A stretch of DNA of 60,554 bases, filler included, from 7 parts of 7 records of this genome joined end to end with filler, not necessarily neighbours in it; one strand, 5' to 3'. Shown: positions 49,775 to 59,331, counted from the whole stretch's first letter. Program-made: numbers and translations. The notes: generated from the letters alone by a model not told the origin.

Positions 49775-50749
49775 CTACCGGGATGCTACTTGCCCGGGTT
49801 GCATATTAAAATGCTCTTTAAATGCCACTGAAAAATTTGGGATTGAAGAATACCCCACATCGTATCCGGCTTCGGTAACCGAGTAGCCTTGCATGAGCAA
49901 TTCCATGGCTTTTTCCATTCGCACTTGTTTAATAAACTGATAAACAGAGTTGTTGTAAACTTTATGAAACAGACGTTGTAATTTACTTTTGCTCATTCCC
50001 GTTTGATTAACCAGGTCGGTTACGGATGGAGGTTCCTGGTAACTGTTTATAATTTGCACTTTAACCTGTTCCAGTGTATTCAGGTCTTCGGGGTGAATGG
50101 AGAGGTTACGAACCTGCTTTTCAACTCTGTTTATAGCTAAACTGGCTGACTGAATAAACAACTCCACACTCTTGTTATAAAGATATCCTGCTTTGAAATT
50201 GCCCTGTATTTCCGAAGGGGTATAAAGCATTTGTCGCAAATTCTGTTTGATTTCAGGGGTAAGTTGGATATGAAAAACCGGATTTAGTCTGGACTGTAGT
50301 TTACTACTTACCAGGTTGGGCAACAACTCTGTTTGCTCCAGCAATTCGATCCATTCAATATCAAAAATAAGAAACACCATACGGCAATCGGTATTTTTAT
50401 GCCATAGAGTATTCACCTTGGTTAGGTTCGAGTTTAAAACAATTCCTTCGGCGGCCCTGCTTACTCCGTTAGGAAAAGAAATATCCTGCTCAAGTTGTTC
50501 TTTAAAGGTTCTGAAACTGATACTGTAAGTCTTCTCCAGCTCATTATCCGGTTCACGTATTATTCTAACATCTTGTTTTAAGTTAAACTCCCCAATGTAC
50601 AGCTTCCAGTTTTTGCGTTCAAAAAATTGGAAAAACCCCTCGCCAATCTCGGGTTTAAAGCGATATAAACTATCACTCACCTTTTCGGTAATGCTACTTA
50701 AAACATCATCAAGGCTTTTAATATCGGGATGCAGTACGTTTAATGCCAT
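49775..50749 (-). CDS. AraC-family transcriptional regulator
   Basis: C-terminal double HTH (GMSKSKLQRLF; SVTEAGYDVGYSSIPNFSVAFK..F...P). Start placed at MALNV; the longest frame begins at 50788. Confidence 0.92.
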   Translation of the reverse strand: MALNVLHPDIKSLDDVLSSITEKVSDSLYRFKPEIGEGFFQFFERKNWKLYIGEFNLKQDVRIIREPDNELEKTYSISFRTFKEQLEQDISFPNGVSRAAEGIVLNSNLTKVNTLWHKNTDCRMVFLIFDIEWIELLEQTELLPNLVSSKLQSRLNPVFHIQLTPEIKQNLRQMLYTPSEIQGNFKAGYLYNKSVELFIQSASLAINRVEKQVRNLSIHPEDLNTLEQVKVQIINSYQEPPSVTDLVNQTGMSKSKLQRLFHKVYNNSVYQFIKQVRMEKAMELLMQGYSVTEAGYDVGYSSIPNFSVAFKEHFNMQPGQVASR

Positions 50750-51197
50750 ACGTTGTTTTTTAAACTTCAGAAACATAAATGTAAGCATAATTAGAAAAAG
50801 CAGAAATAGCTACTGCTACACCGGATTGGAAATTGAAGACTAACATCTTCCCACTTAACAAGAATTAGTGTTATTTACTCCACCAAAGATTTAAGCCTTA
50901 ATCAGGTAACTGCAATAATATTTTTAATCGTACTACAGAGTTTTTTTAAGCTTCAGTATCGTGTTATTCAATTTTATAACTTTCGATTGCATAACTGAAT
51001 CAGAGACACCTCCCTGTAGCTACGAAAAATATTATAAAGTACTTAACGACTCGTTAATTGTTTATGGTTATTATTGTGGTAATTGTGGCATACAAAAGAG
51101 TGTACTTCCCTACGGAAGGAAATTCGTAAGGCAAGTTTGCAGAGCTTACTCCAAATTATCGGAGGTTTTACCAATAAGCTGAGATTATTGATAAATT

Positions 51198-51300
51198 TAT
51201 CGAGGAAAAGGATTGGGAAAGAATTAATAAATTCGGCAATTGAAGTTTTAGAGAATCGGATATGATTCTAATGAGGTTGGTGCTTTAATAAAAACTACCT
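51198..51300 (+). pseudogene. Frameshifted GNAT acetyltransferase remnant
   Basis: YRGKG and IGKELINSAIEVLENR lie in adjacent frames and together rebuild GNAT motif A. Confidence 0.45.
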
Positions 51301-51346
51301 GGAGAGTAATGCATACAACAAATAATTATTAAAAGGAACAACAACA

Positions 51347-51811
51347 ATGAAAATAAGCAAAGCCAAAATTACGGATCTGGAAGCTATTCTGAACTTACAG
51401 AAAGAAGCCTACGTTCAGGAAGCCAAGATCTACGATGATTTTGGAATTCAGCCTTTAACACAAGATATTACTTCGTTAAAAACAGAATGGCAAAATGGAA
51501 TTGTAATAAAAGCGGAGATAAACCAAAAGCTTGTTGGTTCGGTTAGAGCGGGAATGGTTGATGATGTTTGTAAAATTGGGAAGCTGATTGTAAAATCAGA
51601 ATTTCAAAATCAAGGAATTGGAAAGCGTTTAATGACAGCCATTGAAAAACTTTTTAATTCTTGTACGGCATACGAGTTATTTACAGGAGACAAAAGTGAA
51701 AAAAACTTAGCACTGTATAGGAAATTAGGTTATAAGAATTTTATGGAGGAACCTGTTTCTAATGAACTGATTTTAATCTACCTGAGAAAGAAAAACAATG
51801 CTGGTGCATAA
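51347..51811 (+). CDS. GNAT N-acetyltransferase
   Basis: IGKLIV..EFQNQGIG and N..LY.KLGY motifs. Confidence 0.93.
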   Translation: MKISKAKITDLEAILNLQKEAYVQEAKIYDDFGIQPLTQDITSLKTEWQNGIVIKAEINQKLVGSVRAGMVDDVCKIGKLIVKSEFQNQGIGKRLMTAIEKLFNSCTAYELFTGDKSEKNLALYRKLGYKNFMEEPVSNELILIYLRKKNNAGA

Positions 51812-51849
51812 TAAAAAATGACTATACTGTAACAGCAAAACTAAATTCA

Positions 51850-52713
51850 ATGACTAAAAAGCTTAGAAAATATGGTTTATTGCTATTGGCCTTTTTGATT
51901 TGCGTAAGCTTAAATTATAATCCACAGTTGCTTTTCGATTCAAGTTACAAACATTGGGGATGGAATCTCTCGTTAAGCGCAACTATTTTGATTGTAATAA
52001 TATTCCGATTTCGTGATCCTACTGACTGGAAACAAAAGCTTGGAATTGATTTCAATTTGAATGACTGGCTTAAGTTTCTGCTTACCACATGTACGCTTCT
52101 GGTAATCTCGTATTACCTGGTTGACTACTTATCGGAGATTAATGGATATTTATTCAGCCCCAAACTCGTTTACTACAAAGATTTTAATTTTCAGTTTTTC
52201 GCCGTACTTGGAGAATACCTGTACTATATACCCCAAACTTTCAATGAGGAAATTTTGATAGGCGCACTGCTCTTAATGGGTTTAGAGCGAAATTTCATGA
52301 AACTGAATAAAAATATAATTGCAGTTGGAGTAGCCCTTATCTTCTGTTTAATGCACCAGAGTTTGTACAAATGGAGTCCTGTTCAACCAGGATTATTGTT
52401 ATCAATTCAAACCCTTTTCTCTCTGTTTTTTGTAGGGATTTTAAGAAATGTTTTAATCTTAAGAACCAGAAAAATTATTTATTCATGGGCGATCCACCTA
52501 AGTTTTAATTTACTGTTCTTTTCCGGATTTTATATCAACTCCTCCACCGGTAAATCTGCCAGCGAACCTGAAAGGTTCAATGTTGTATTTGGCAGTCTGA
52601 CAATGGCCCTTATAACCGGAGGACTTGCAATAACTTCGATGATCTGGTTAAATACAAACAGTTTTAGGATAAATAACCGAAATGTTGACAGAACCATAAA
52701 AAACATCCGGTAA
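51850..52713 (+). CDS. CPBP (CAAX/Abi) family intramembrane glutamic endopeptidase
   Basis: Polytopic, with NEEIL, FCLMH and AIHLSFN (EE, FxxxH, HxxxN) motifs. Confidence 0.75.
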   Translation: MTKKLRKYGLLLLAFLICVSLNYNPQLLFDSSYKHWGWNLSLSATILIVIIFRFRDPTDWKQKLGIDFNLNDWLKFLLTTCTLLVISYYLVDYLSEINGYLFSPKLVYYKDFNFQFFAVLGEYLYYIPQTFNEEILIGALLLMGLERNFMKLNKNIIAVGVALIFCLMHQSLYKWSPVQPGLLLSIQTLFSLFFVGILRNVLILRTRKIIYSWAIHLSFNLLFFSGFYINSSTGKSASEPERFNVVFGSLTMALITGGLAITSMIWLNTNSFRINNRNVDRTIKNIR

Positions 52714-52750
52714 AAGGATTCATTCTCCTGGATGTATTTTTGCAACCAGG

Positions 52751-54001
52751 CTATTCCTCAAAACGCTTAAATACCAATGTAGCATTGTGTCCACCAAAAC
52801 CAAAACTATTGGTAATGGCTACTTTTACATCGGCCTTAACCGATTTTCCTGTAACAATATTTATGGTTTCCGGGATCAGCGGATCAATTTCGGTTGTATT
52901 AATTGTTGGTGGGATTTCGTTCTCTTGAATTGCCTTAATGCACAAAATAGATTCCACCGCACCGGCAGCTCCTAATAAATGTCCGGTCATCGATTTTGAA
53001 GAACTGATTTTTAGTTTTCGGGGAGCCTCTCCAAATAATCGTCTTACGGCATTAATTTCGCTAATATCGCCAATAGGTGTTGAAGTAGCATGCGCATTTA
53101 AATAATCTACATCACCGGGCTTAATGCCTGCTTCAGCTAATGCCAGTTCCATTGCTTTTGCTGCACCAACCCCATCGGGATGCGATGCTGCCACATGGTA
53201 GGCATCGGCTGTCATTGCTGCTCCCACAATTTCAGCGTATATTTTTGCTCCGCGTTGTTTTGCAAATTCATAATCCTCCAGAATTAGAGTTCCTGCCCCT
53301 TCACCCATCACAAAACCATCTCGTTTTATATCGAATGGGCACGAAGCTTTTGCCGGGTTTTCGTTGTTCACCGATAGGGCACGCATTGATGCAAAACCTC
53401 CTAAACCGGTTTCAGTTATTCCAGCTTCCGAACCACCTGTTACAAAAACTTTTGCCTTTCCAAGCTTAATGTAATTGAAAGCATCCATAATGGCCGTATT
53501 CGATGTCGCACATGCCGAGGTGGTGGTATAATTCATTCCTTTCAAACCATGTTTAATGGAAATCATTCCCGATGCCATATTGCTAAGCATTTTGGGTCCC
53601 AACATTGGGCTAAGTCGTAACTTTCCGGTACGTCCGTATTCAATTAACTCTTTTTCGTAAGCGTTAATACCTCCCTGCCCTGATCCCCAAATCACACCTA
53701 TCTCATACGGATCAATTGAGCTTAAATCAAGCCCACTGTCGATTAAAGCTTCTTTGGTGGTAATTAATGCATACTGCGAAAAAAGGTCGGTGCACTTCAG
53801 GTCATTCCTATCCAAATGGTCTTTTATATTGAGCTCCTTTATCTCGCAACCAAACCTGGTTTTAAAATCAGTTGTATCGAAACGGGTAACAGCTGCCGCA
53901 CCACTTTTTCCAGACAAGGCATTTTTCCAAAATTCCTCAATGGTATTACCAATGGGGGTTAATGCACCCAAACCGGTTATAACAACTCTTCTTTCTTTCA
54001 T
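52751..54001 (-). CDS. fabF: Beta-ketoacyl-ACP synthase II
   Basis: RRVVITGLG, SACATS, NAHATSTP.GD, SKSMTGHLLGAAG and NSFGFGGHNA motifs. Confidence 0.93.
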   Translation of the reverse strand: MKERRVVITGLGALTPIGNTIEEFWKNALSGKSGAAAVTRFDTTDFKTRFGCEIKELNIKDHLDRNDLKCTDLFSQYALITTKEALIDSGLDLSSIDPYEIGVIWGSGQGGINAYEKELIEYGRTGKLRLSPMLGPKMLSNMASGMISIKHGLKGMNYTTTSACATSNTAIMDAFNYIKLGKAKVFVTGGSEAGITETGLGGFASMRALSVNNENPAKASCPFDIKRDGFVMGEGAGTLILEDYEFAKQRGAKIYAEIVGAAMTADAYHVAASHPDGVGAAKAMELALAEAGIKPGDVDYLNAHATSTPIGDISEINAVRRLFGEAPRKLKISSSKSMTGHLLGAAGAVESILCIKAIQENEIPPTINTTEIDPLIPETINIVTGKSVKADVKVAITNSFGFGGHNATLVFKRFEE

Positions 54002-54146
54002 AAATTTGATTTATCAAAAGCTGGCTTTACAAAACCTGAATGCTATTTTTAGGATTGAAAAGCAAGTGTGGCAAATATAGTTACTTATTTGTTAGACAAA
54101 AATCTTGCAAGTAAAACAAGAACAATGAGCCTAAAATAGTAGACCC

Positions 54147-54217
54147 AAAAAAAGTTCCGGAATATCCCGGAACTTTTAATAAATAAAATAAGCAATGCCC
54201 CTTAAATGGAGCATTGC
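54147..54217 (-). terminator. Two tandem hairpins downstream of lipopeptide 2
   Basis: AAAAGTTCCGG/CCGGAACTTTT and GCAATGC/GCATTGC stems. Confidence 0.75.
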
Positions 54218-54233
54218 AACCTACTGTTTCTAA

Positions 54234-54392
54234 TTATCGTGGGTCTAATACCGGCGGAAGATGTGGTGATGCCTCAATTGGTGGTTCAACATTCGGATCT
54301 TCGTAATACATATCATCTGAACACGATGTTAATGCCATTCCCAAACCTGCTACCAATACAAAACTTACTGCAATTCTCTTTAATGTTTTCAT
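54234..54392 (-). CDS. Small Pro-rich lipopeptide 2 (52 aa, not in ORF track)
   Basis: Manual translation MKTLKRIAVSFVLVAGLGMALTSCSDDMYYEDPNVEPPIEASPHLPPVLDPR. Lipobox LTSC. Confidence 0.85.
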   Translation of the reverse strand: MKTLKRIAVSFVLVAGLGMALTSCSDDMYYEDPNVEPPIEASPHLPPVLDPR

Positions 54393-54432
54393 GATTGTAA
54401 TGTTTTACTTGTTCCTATTCATGCTTTACTAA

Positions 54433-54498
54433 TTATCGCTCTGGATTAACAATTGGTGGTTGTTCAGGCGATACCTCAATAGGATTGCTTGGTACTGG
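54433..54498 (-). CDS. Probable lipopeptide 3, C-terminal fragment (5'-truncated)
   Basis: ..PVPSNPIEVSPEQPPIVNPER* aligns with PIEASPHLPPVLDPR of peptide 2 and ends 40 nt upstream of it. Confidence 0.65.
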   Translation of the reverse strand, partial: PVPSNPIEVSPEQPPIVNPER

Positions 54499-54499
54499 C

Positions 54500-54599
54500 N
54501 NNNNNNNNNNNNNNNNNNNNNNNNNNNNNNNNNNNNNNNNNNNTTAATTAATTAANNNNNNNNNNNNNNNNNNNNNNNNNNNNNNNNNNNNNNNNNNNN
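54500..54599. other. Artificial contig spacer 6
   Basis: N44-TTAATTAATTAA-N44. Confidence 0.99.
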
Positions 54600-54611
54600 A
54601 AACAAGGAACC

Positions 54612-55520
54612 ATGTCAAACATCGGGAAACTCAACCTGGACCACCTGGTCGGCATGGAGGTGGGAACCGCCGTACTCTTGGAAAAACTGGGCCATGGTGC
54701 CATGTCCGCCGTTTTCGTGGCGTTCCAAAAAACCTTGAAACGTCGAATTGCTGTCAAGATCCTTCCCAAATCCGTGTTGACGAAAAAAACGGCAGCCTTC
54801 TTTCAACAAGAGGCTGAATCCACAGCCATTTTATCCCATCCCAATATCATTCCCATTTATGAAGTGGGTGAAACGGATGAATTTTTGTTTTTCACGATGC
54901 AGTTGGTAAAGGGGTATGAACTGACCCATGCGATTCGTCAGGCACGGAAAAACATTGTCCCCTCCAAACGATGGATGCCGTTGCAGACAGTGATTAATCT
55001 GGTAGAAAAAGTTCTCCATGCGCTTGCATATGCCCACGAAAACGATATCGTTCACAGGGACATCAAACCGGGCAACATCATGATCGAGAAACATACGAAT
55101 CGCCCGCTGATTACCGATTTCGGAGTGGCCAAAGCAACCCGGACAAAAGGTAAAAACAACCGGATGCTACTGGGTACGCCGAAGTATATGGCCCCGGAAC
55201 AAATTCTATCCGGAAATGTCGATGGCAGGGCGGATCAGTATAGCGCTGCAACGATGATGCTTGAAATGCTTTTGGGAGAGCTTCCTTATCCCTCCTACAA
55301 ATCGGTCATGGACCTTTTGAAGATGAAGCTGTCCATGAAAGAAAAAATCTTCCAGCAATGGCCATCCAGGGCACATCCCACGGCCGACCGGGCCTTGGAT
55401 AAAATTTTGTTCAAGGCACTGGCTTTCGACAAAAATCATCGGTTCGCAACCTGCAGCGAGTTTGCAGAAGAACTGGATCGTTATCTGAAAAAACGACGAC
55501 TATTCACTATTAATGGATAA
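54612..55520 (+). CDS. Hanks-type Ser/Thr protein kinase (kinase domain only)
   Basis: LGHGAM..V, AVK, HPNI, HRDIKPGN, DFG and GTPKYMAPEQ motifs. No TM or sensor domain. Confidence 0.95.
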   Translation: MSNIGKLNLDHLVGMEVGTAVLLEKLGHGAMSAVFVAFQKTLKRRIAVKILPKSVLTKKTAAFFQQEAESTAILSHPNIIPIYEVGETDEFLFFTMQLVKGYELTHAIRQARKNIVPSKRWMPLQTVINLVEKVLHALAYAHENDIVHRDIKPGNIMIEKHTNRPLITDFGVAKATRTKGKNNRMLLGTPKYMAPEQILSGNVDGRADQYSAATMMLEMLLGELPYPSYKSVMDLLKMKLSMKEKIFQQWPSRAHPTADRALDKILFKALAFDKNHRFATCSEFAEELDRYLKKRRLFTING

Positions 55521-55527
55521 ATAGGCC

Positions 55528-57876
55528 ATGCCATTAGATGCCAACACAAAAAACCAGCTATCGCTATTCGGTCGAACCATTGCGCTGCTGTTCAACCGCT
55601 CCATGATGTATCAGACCGACCATCCCCTTGTGGAGCAATCCATCGATCAGCTTCTTGAAGGGGCTTTACCTCTCTTGAAGGTTGTTTCACCGTTGGTCTT
55701 CATTTTGAACCGGGAACAATTCTACGTGGATGAGGAGGCATTGGACTCCCGGCTGAACATGGGAAGATTGCTGTCAATTTTTAAAAACAACGGAATTCAA
55801 TCCATCTCCATTGAGCCCGGGCTTGAAAAAAGGGAGCTCTCCGTGTTTCTTGAAATTTTCGGTGAGATCACCAAGTACAATGGTGCTGAAGGATTTAAAA
55901 AGGCGATCTTCTCCCGCGGCGTGACCAGCATCAAGGTCAACCACGTACGATATAAAAAAGTTACGGATGACGATGAGGTTATTTCCCGCGAAGCGTTAAA
56001 AGAGATGACGCCTCAAATGATAAATGCCGAGGAAGAAGCCAAGACACGAAAAATGTTTATGGATACCCTCCTGGAGAGCGTTGTTACCGAGGAATTTGCC
56101 AAAACATTGAATATTGAAGCCTTGATGCTCAACCCATCGACCGTATCCCGGAACATGATTCAGGCGGATCTGGATCACGGAGGTGCGGCCGCTCATGAGC
56201 GAAATGAAGGCCTCGATCGTGGCACCGGTGATGGAGAAACGGGCGTTGCGCTGTCTACCGGAAAAAAAGAGGGTCAGCGTCGGGCGGGTGGAGGCGGACC
56301 GGGTGGTCTTGGCGGTGGAAACGGTTCCAAAAACGGTAGAGGCCCCGCCGGTCACGGCGGTCTTCTGTTTCAGCAACTGGAGGTAATGCGGTCGGAAGTG
56401 GAAAAGCACATTGCGGGAAAAAGCGATGTCGCCATTGAAAAACTGGCCGGCGCTGTCTTCGATATGAAAAAGCAGTTGCTGGAAGGGATCGAAGTTCAAA
56501 AGGCCCTTGGTGTGGCCTATGAAAACGAAGAAGACATTTTAAACAACGCCAACGGACTGACCGACCATGTCCTCCTTGAACTGGTGAAGGAGGAATACCA
56601 AAAGGGAAAAATCTCTGCCGCCAGAATGGCTCAGATCCTCAGGCGATTGGTCCCTGAAGCGGCTGAACTCAAACGCCTGCTGCCCAGGATCAAATCCACG
56701 TTGCTGTCGCAAGGAATGCCCCATGCCCAGTATTTGGAAATGGTTCAGGAATTGAGCAAGGAACTCCAAAGCGAGAGCCTGGCTGCGATCCTTCAGGAAA
56801 GCGGTCAGGAGATCGGTGTGGATGGCGACCAGTTGATTTCCGAATTCAAGCAAAATCCGGAGCAGGCGGCACAGCTGATTTATCTCGCTTCCGAAATTCG
56901 GAAAGGTGATGGCGACGAGGAAATGCTGGTAGAACTTCTTGCCGGTTATGTAGAGCAGATGGGCGGCGTGATGGCCCTTGACCAGGCTGATGGAAGCAAC
57001 AACTCCAGTCACCTCAAACAAGTGGTGACGCAGATTGAATCCAACATCGTTCAACAACTCGGGAAAATGGATGTGCAAAACGATGTTCTCGAGAAACTGG
57101 AGCAACGGCTCAACGACCGAATGGAATCCGTCGTGGACCAAATGCGCTCCGAGTGGATAAAGGAGAGATCGAAGCAGGGAGAAAGTAAGGGCGGGGAAAA
57201 GCGGGGAAAAGTTCTCAGCGTCTTGCAGACATTGGAGCAAAGTGTCAGCGAACACGACGAATTGGGCCAAATTCTTAAAGTGGTGCGCAAAAAAGTCGAC
57301 GATGGACTTATCGATGAGAACAATTACAAGAAAATACAGGATGAAATCTCAACCCAGAAAAAACGCCTGAAAGAGAAGGAGTCCAATCGGGTCATGCCGT
57401 CCGGTGTGATCAAAGCCAACGCCATGACCTTTATTTTAGAAAAGGAGATTGCAAAGGCGAACCGATATCCCTATTCATTTTCCATTCTGGCATTTTCAAT
57501 GGTCCGCGTCGTTCCTCATTCAAAGGTGCCCGCAGGTGCCATCAACAACGAAATGCTGATGGAGTCCGTACTCGCCATCTTGGCCGAAACCATCCGCGAG
57601 GTTGATATTGTGGGACAAATGGGAAAAAATACCATCGTTGTTCTTTTGCCCATGATTGATCGGGAGGCGTCAAAGAAAGCGCTGAACCGCATTATGATCA
57701 TCCTTCAGGAAAAGCCTATCCGTGTGAACGGATATCCCGTAGAGGTTAAATTCGCAGGGATTGCCATGACGTTCGACGGTGAACACACGCCGGACAGCAA
57801 AAGTTTCGTGAGGGTCATGTCGGGGAGGCTTCAGGATATGGCCAATCGTTTGAAAAACATTCAATCGTTCATTTGA
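55528..57876 (+). CDS. Large helical protein with a C-terminal degenerate GGDEF-like domain
   Basis: N-terminal Y..DHP domain, Gly-rich linker and coiled coil. C-terminus LEKEIAKANRY...REVDIVGQMGKNTIVVLLP. Confidence 0.65.
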   Translation: MPLDANTKNQLSLFGRTIALLFNRSMMYQTDHPLVEQSIDQLLEGALPLLKVVSPLVFILNREQFYVDEEALDSRLNMGRLLSIFKNNGIQSISIEPGLEKRELSVFLEIFGEITKYNGAEGFKKAIFSRGVTSIKVNHVRYKKVTDDDEVISREALKEMTPQMINAEEEAKTRKMFMDTLLESVVTEEFAKTLNIEALMLNPSTVSRNMIQADLDHGGAAAHERNEGLDRGTGDGETGVALSTGKKEGQRRAGGGGPGGLGGGNGSKNGRGPAGHGGLLFQQLEVMRSEVEKHIAGKSDVAIEKLAGAVFDMKKQLLEGIEVQKALGVAYENEEDILNNANGLTDHVLLELVKEEYQKGKISAARMAQILRRLVPEAAELKRLLPRIKSTLLSQGMPHAQYLEMVQELSKELQSESLAAILQESGQEIGVDGDQLISEFKQNPEQAAQLIYLASEIRKGDGDEEMLVELLAGYVEQMGGVMALDQADGSNNSSHLKQVVTQIESNIVQQLGKMDVQNDVLEKLEQRLNDRMESVVDQMRSEWIKERSKQGESKGGEKRGKVLSVLQTLEQSVSEHDELGQILKVVRKKVDDGLIDENNYKKIQDEISTQKKRLKEKESNRVMPSGVIKANAMTFILEKEIAKANRYPYSFSILAFSMVRVVPHSKVPAGAINNEMLMESVLAILAETIREVDIVGQMGKNTIVVLLPMIDREASKKALNRIMIILQEKPIRVNGYPVEVKFAGIAMTFDGEHTPDSKSFVRVMSGRLQDMANRLKNIQSFI

Positions 57877-57890
57877 AAAGGAGTGGGAAC

Positions 57891-58871
57891 GTGTCAACGA
57901 AGTTGTCAAGACGTTCATTTATCAAAGGCGGCCTGATAACTGCTGGAGCGGTCGCGGCTGCAGGTGTACCGCACCCTTGCTCTGCCATTGCCGCCGAATC
58001 GGAATTGTGCACCCTGTTGGATCTTCAAAAATGCATTGCCTGTGGTGCCTGTGTGGAGGCCTGCAGGGAGGTAAACGAGGAAAAATTTCCGGAACCGGAA
58101 GGCCCCATGCCTGACATGATCCCTCGTGAGAAGGTGAAAATTTCCGATTGGTCGTCCGAGGAGAAGCGGGAGGTGGATGACAGACTGACCCCCTATAACT
58201 GGCTGTTTGTCCAATCGGCATACGGAGAATACAACGGCGAAGAGTTCGAAATCAACATCCCGCGCCGCTGCATGCACTGCCGGAACGCCCCCTGTTCCAA
58301 TCTATGCCCCTTCGGCGCCGCATATACGCAAAGCAACGGTATTGTCCATATCCATCCGGACGTTTGTATGGGAGGCGCCAAATGCAAGGCTGTCTGCCCT
58401 TGGCATATACCGGAACGACAGTCCGGCGTCGGACTCCACCTGAATTTGCTTCCCCAGTATGCGGGCAACGGCGTTATGTATAAATGCGACCGTTGCTACA
58501 ACCGTCTGAAAGAGGGCGAATTGCCCGCCTGCATAGAGGTCTGCCCCGAAGATGTACAGGCAATCGGTCCCCGCAAAGAGATCGTTGAAAAGGCCCATCA
58601 ACTGGCCGAAGAGACCGGGGGATATCTGTACGGCGAAAACGAAAATGGTGGAACCAATACCATTTATGTATCGCCGGTTCCCTTTGATGTGTTGAACAAG
58701 GCCATCGAAAAAGGACCGGGGTCCCCTCATTTGGGACCGGTGGAAGATGCCATGGCCTCAGCCAACAACATGGCGCTGGCAATGGCCATTGCTCCCGTGG
58801 CCGGCGTTGTAGGTGCCATCGCCCGGTTTATGCGTCTGGGCAAATCCCATAGTGAACAGAAGGGAGCTTGA
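57891..58871 (+). CDS. Tat-exported 4Fe-4S dicluster protein (HybA/DmsB-like)
   Basis: SRRSFIK Tat motif. CIACGACVEAC, CMHC..APC..LCP, CMGGAKC..VCP and KCDRC..PAC..VCP clusters. C-terminal TM. Confidence 0.92.
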   Translation: MSTKLSRRSFIKGGLITAGAVAAAGVPHPCSAIAAESELCTLLDLQKCIACGACVEACREVNEEKFPEPEGPMPDMIPREKVKISDWSSEEKREVDDRLTPYNWLFVQSAYGEYNGEEFEINIPRRCMHCRNAPCSNLCPFGAAYTQSNGIVHIHPDVCMGGAKCKAVCPWHIPERQSGVGLHLNLLPQYAGNGVMYKCDRCYNRLKEGELPACIEVCPEDVQAIGPRKEIVEKAHQLAEETGGYLYGENENGGTNTIYVSPVPFDVLNKAIEKGPGSPHLGPVEDAMASANNMALAMAIAPVAGVVGAIARFMRLGKSHSEQKGA

Positions 58872-58872
58872 T

Positions 58873-59331
58873 ATGATCGCGAAAGCCCATCCGCTACAAG
58901 TTGTCCTTTATGGCATTGCATTGATTGTTGCCCTGTTCACCGGATTCGGCAACATGCCCCTATATGGACGCTACTATGTCGCAGACATTCCGGGTTTAGC
59001 ATGGTCCGGGAACTTTTTTACAAATGTGAACGTTCACATCCTTTCCGGGAGCCTTCTTCTCGCCATAGCCGTTTACGCCTTCATGAATTCACTCTTGATG
59101 AGAGAAGGCCGTGTAAAAAAGCTGACCCTTTCCGGTAGACTCAGGGTCATTTTTCTTGTAATGAGCTTGATTACCGGTATTCTCATGGCGGTAAAAAATT
59201 TACCGGGGTTTCACTTTCCCTTAGAGATATTGATGACCTTTAACTTTGCTCACATGGGTGCCGCTGTTCTGCTAATGCTCGTTTCATTGACGGCATTGAT
59301 TTTCAGACGACCGTGGAGGCAGAGCCGCTAA
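58873..59331 (+). CDS. Membrane partner of the FeS protein (4 TM, cytochrome b-like)
   Basis: TGFGNMPLYGRYY motif and His residues in TM segments. Coupled to the upstream gene. Confidence 0.7.
   Translation: MIAKAHPLQVVLYGIALIVALFTGFGNMPLYGRYYVADIPGLAWSGNFFTNVNVHILSGSLLLAIAVYAFMNSLLMREGRVKKLTLSGRLRVIFLVMSLITGILMAVKNLPGFHFPLEILMTFNFAHMGAAVLLMLVSLTALIFRRPWRQSR

Noticed and set aside
51300-52750. Integron-like attC sites around GNAT/CPBP
   Set aside because: No paired R''/R' boxes or repeated palindromes could be identified.
54206-54394. 62-aa plus-strand ORF in the track
   Set aside because: Antisense shadow of lipopeptide 2.
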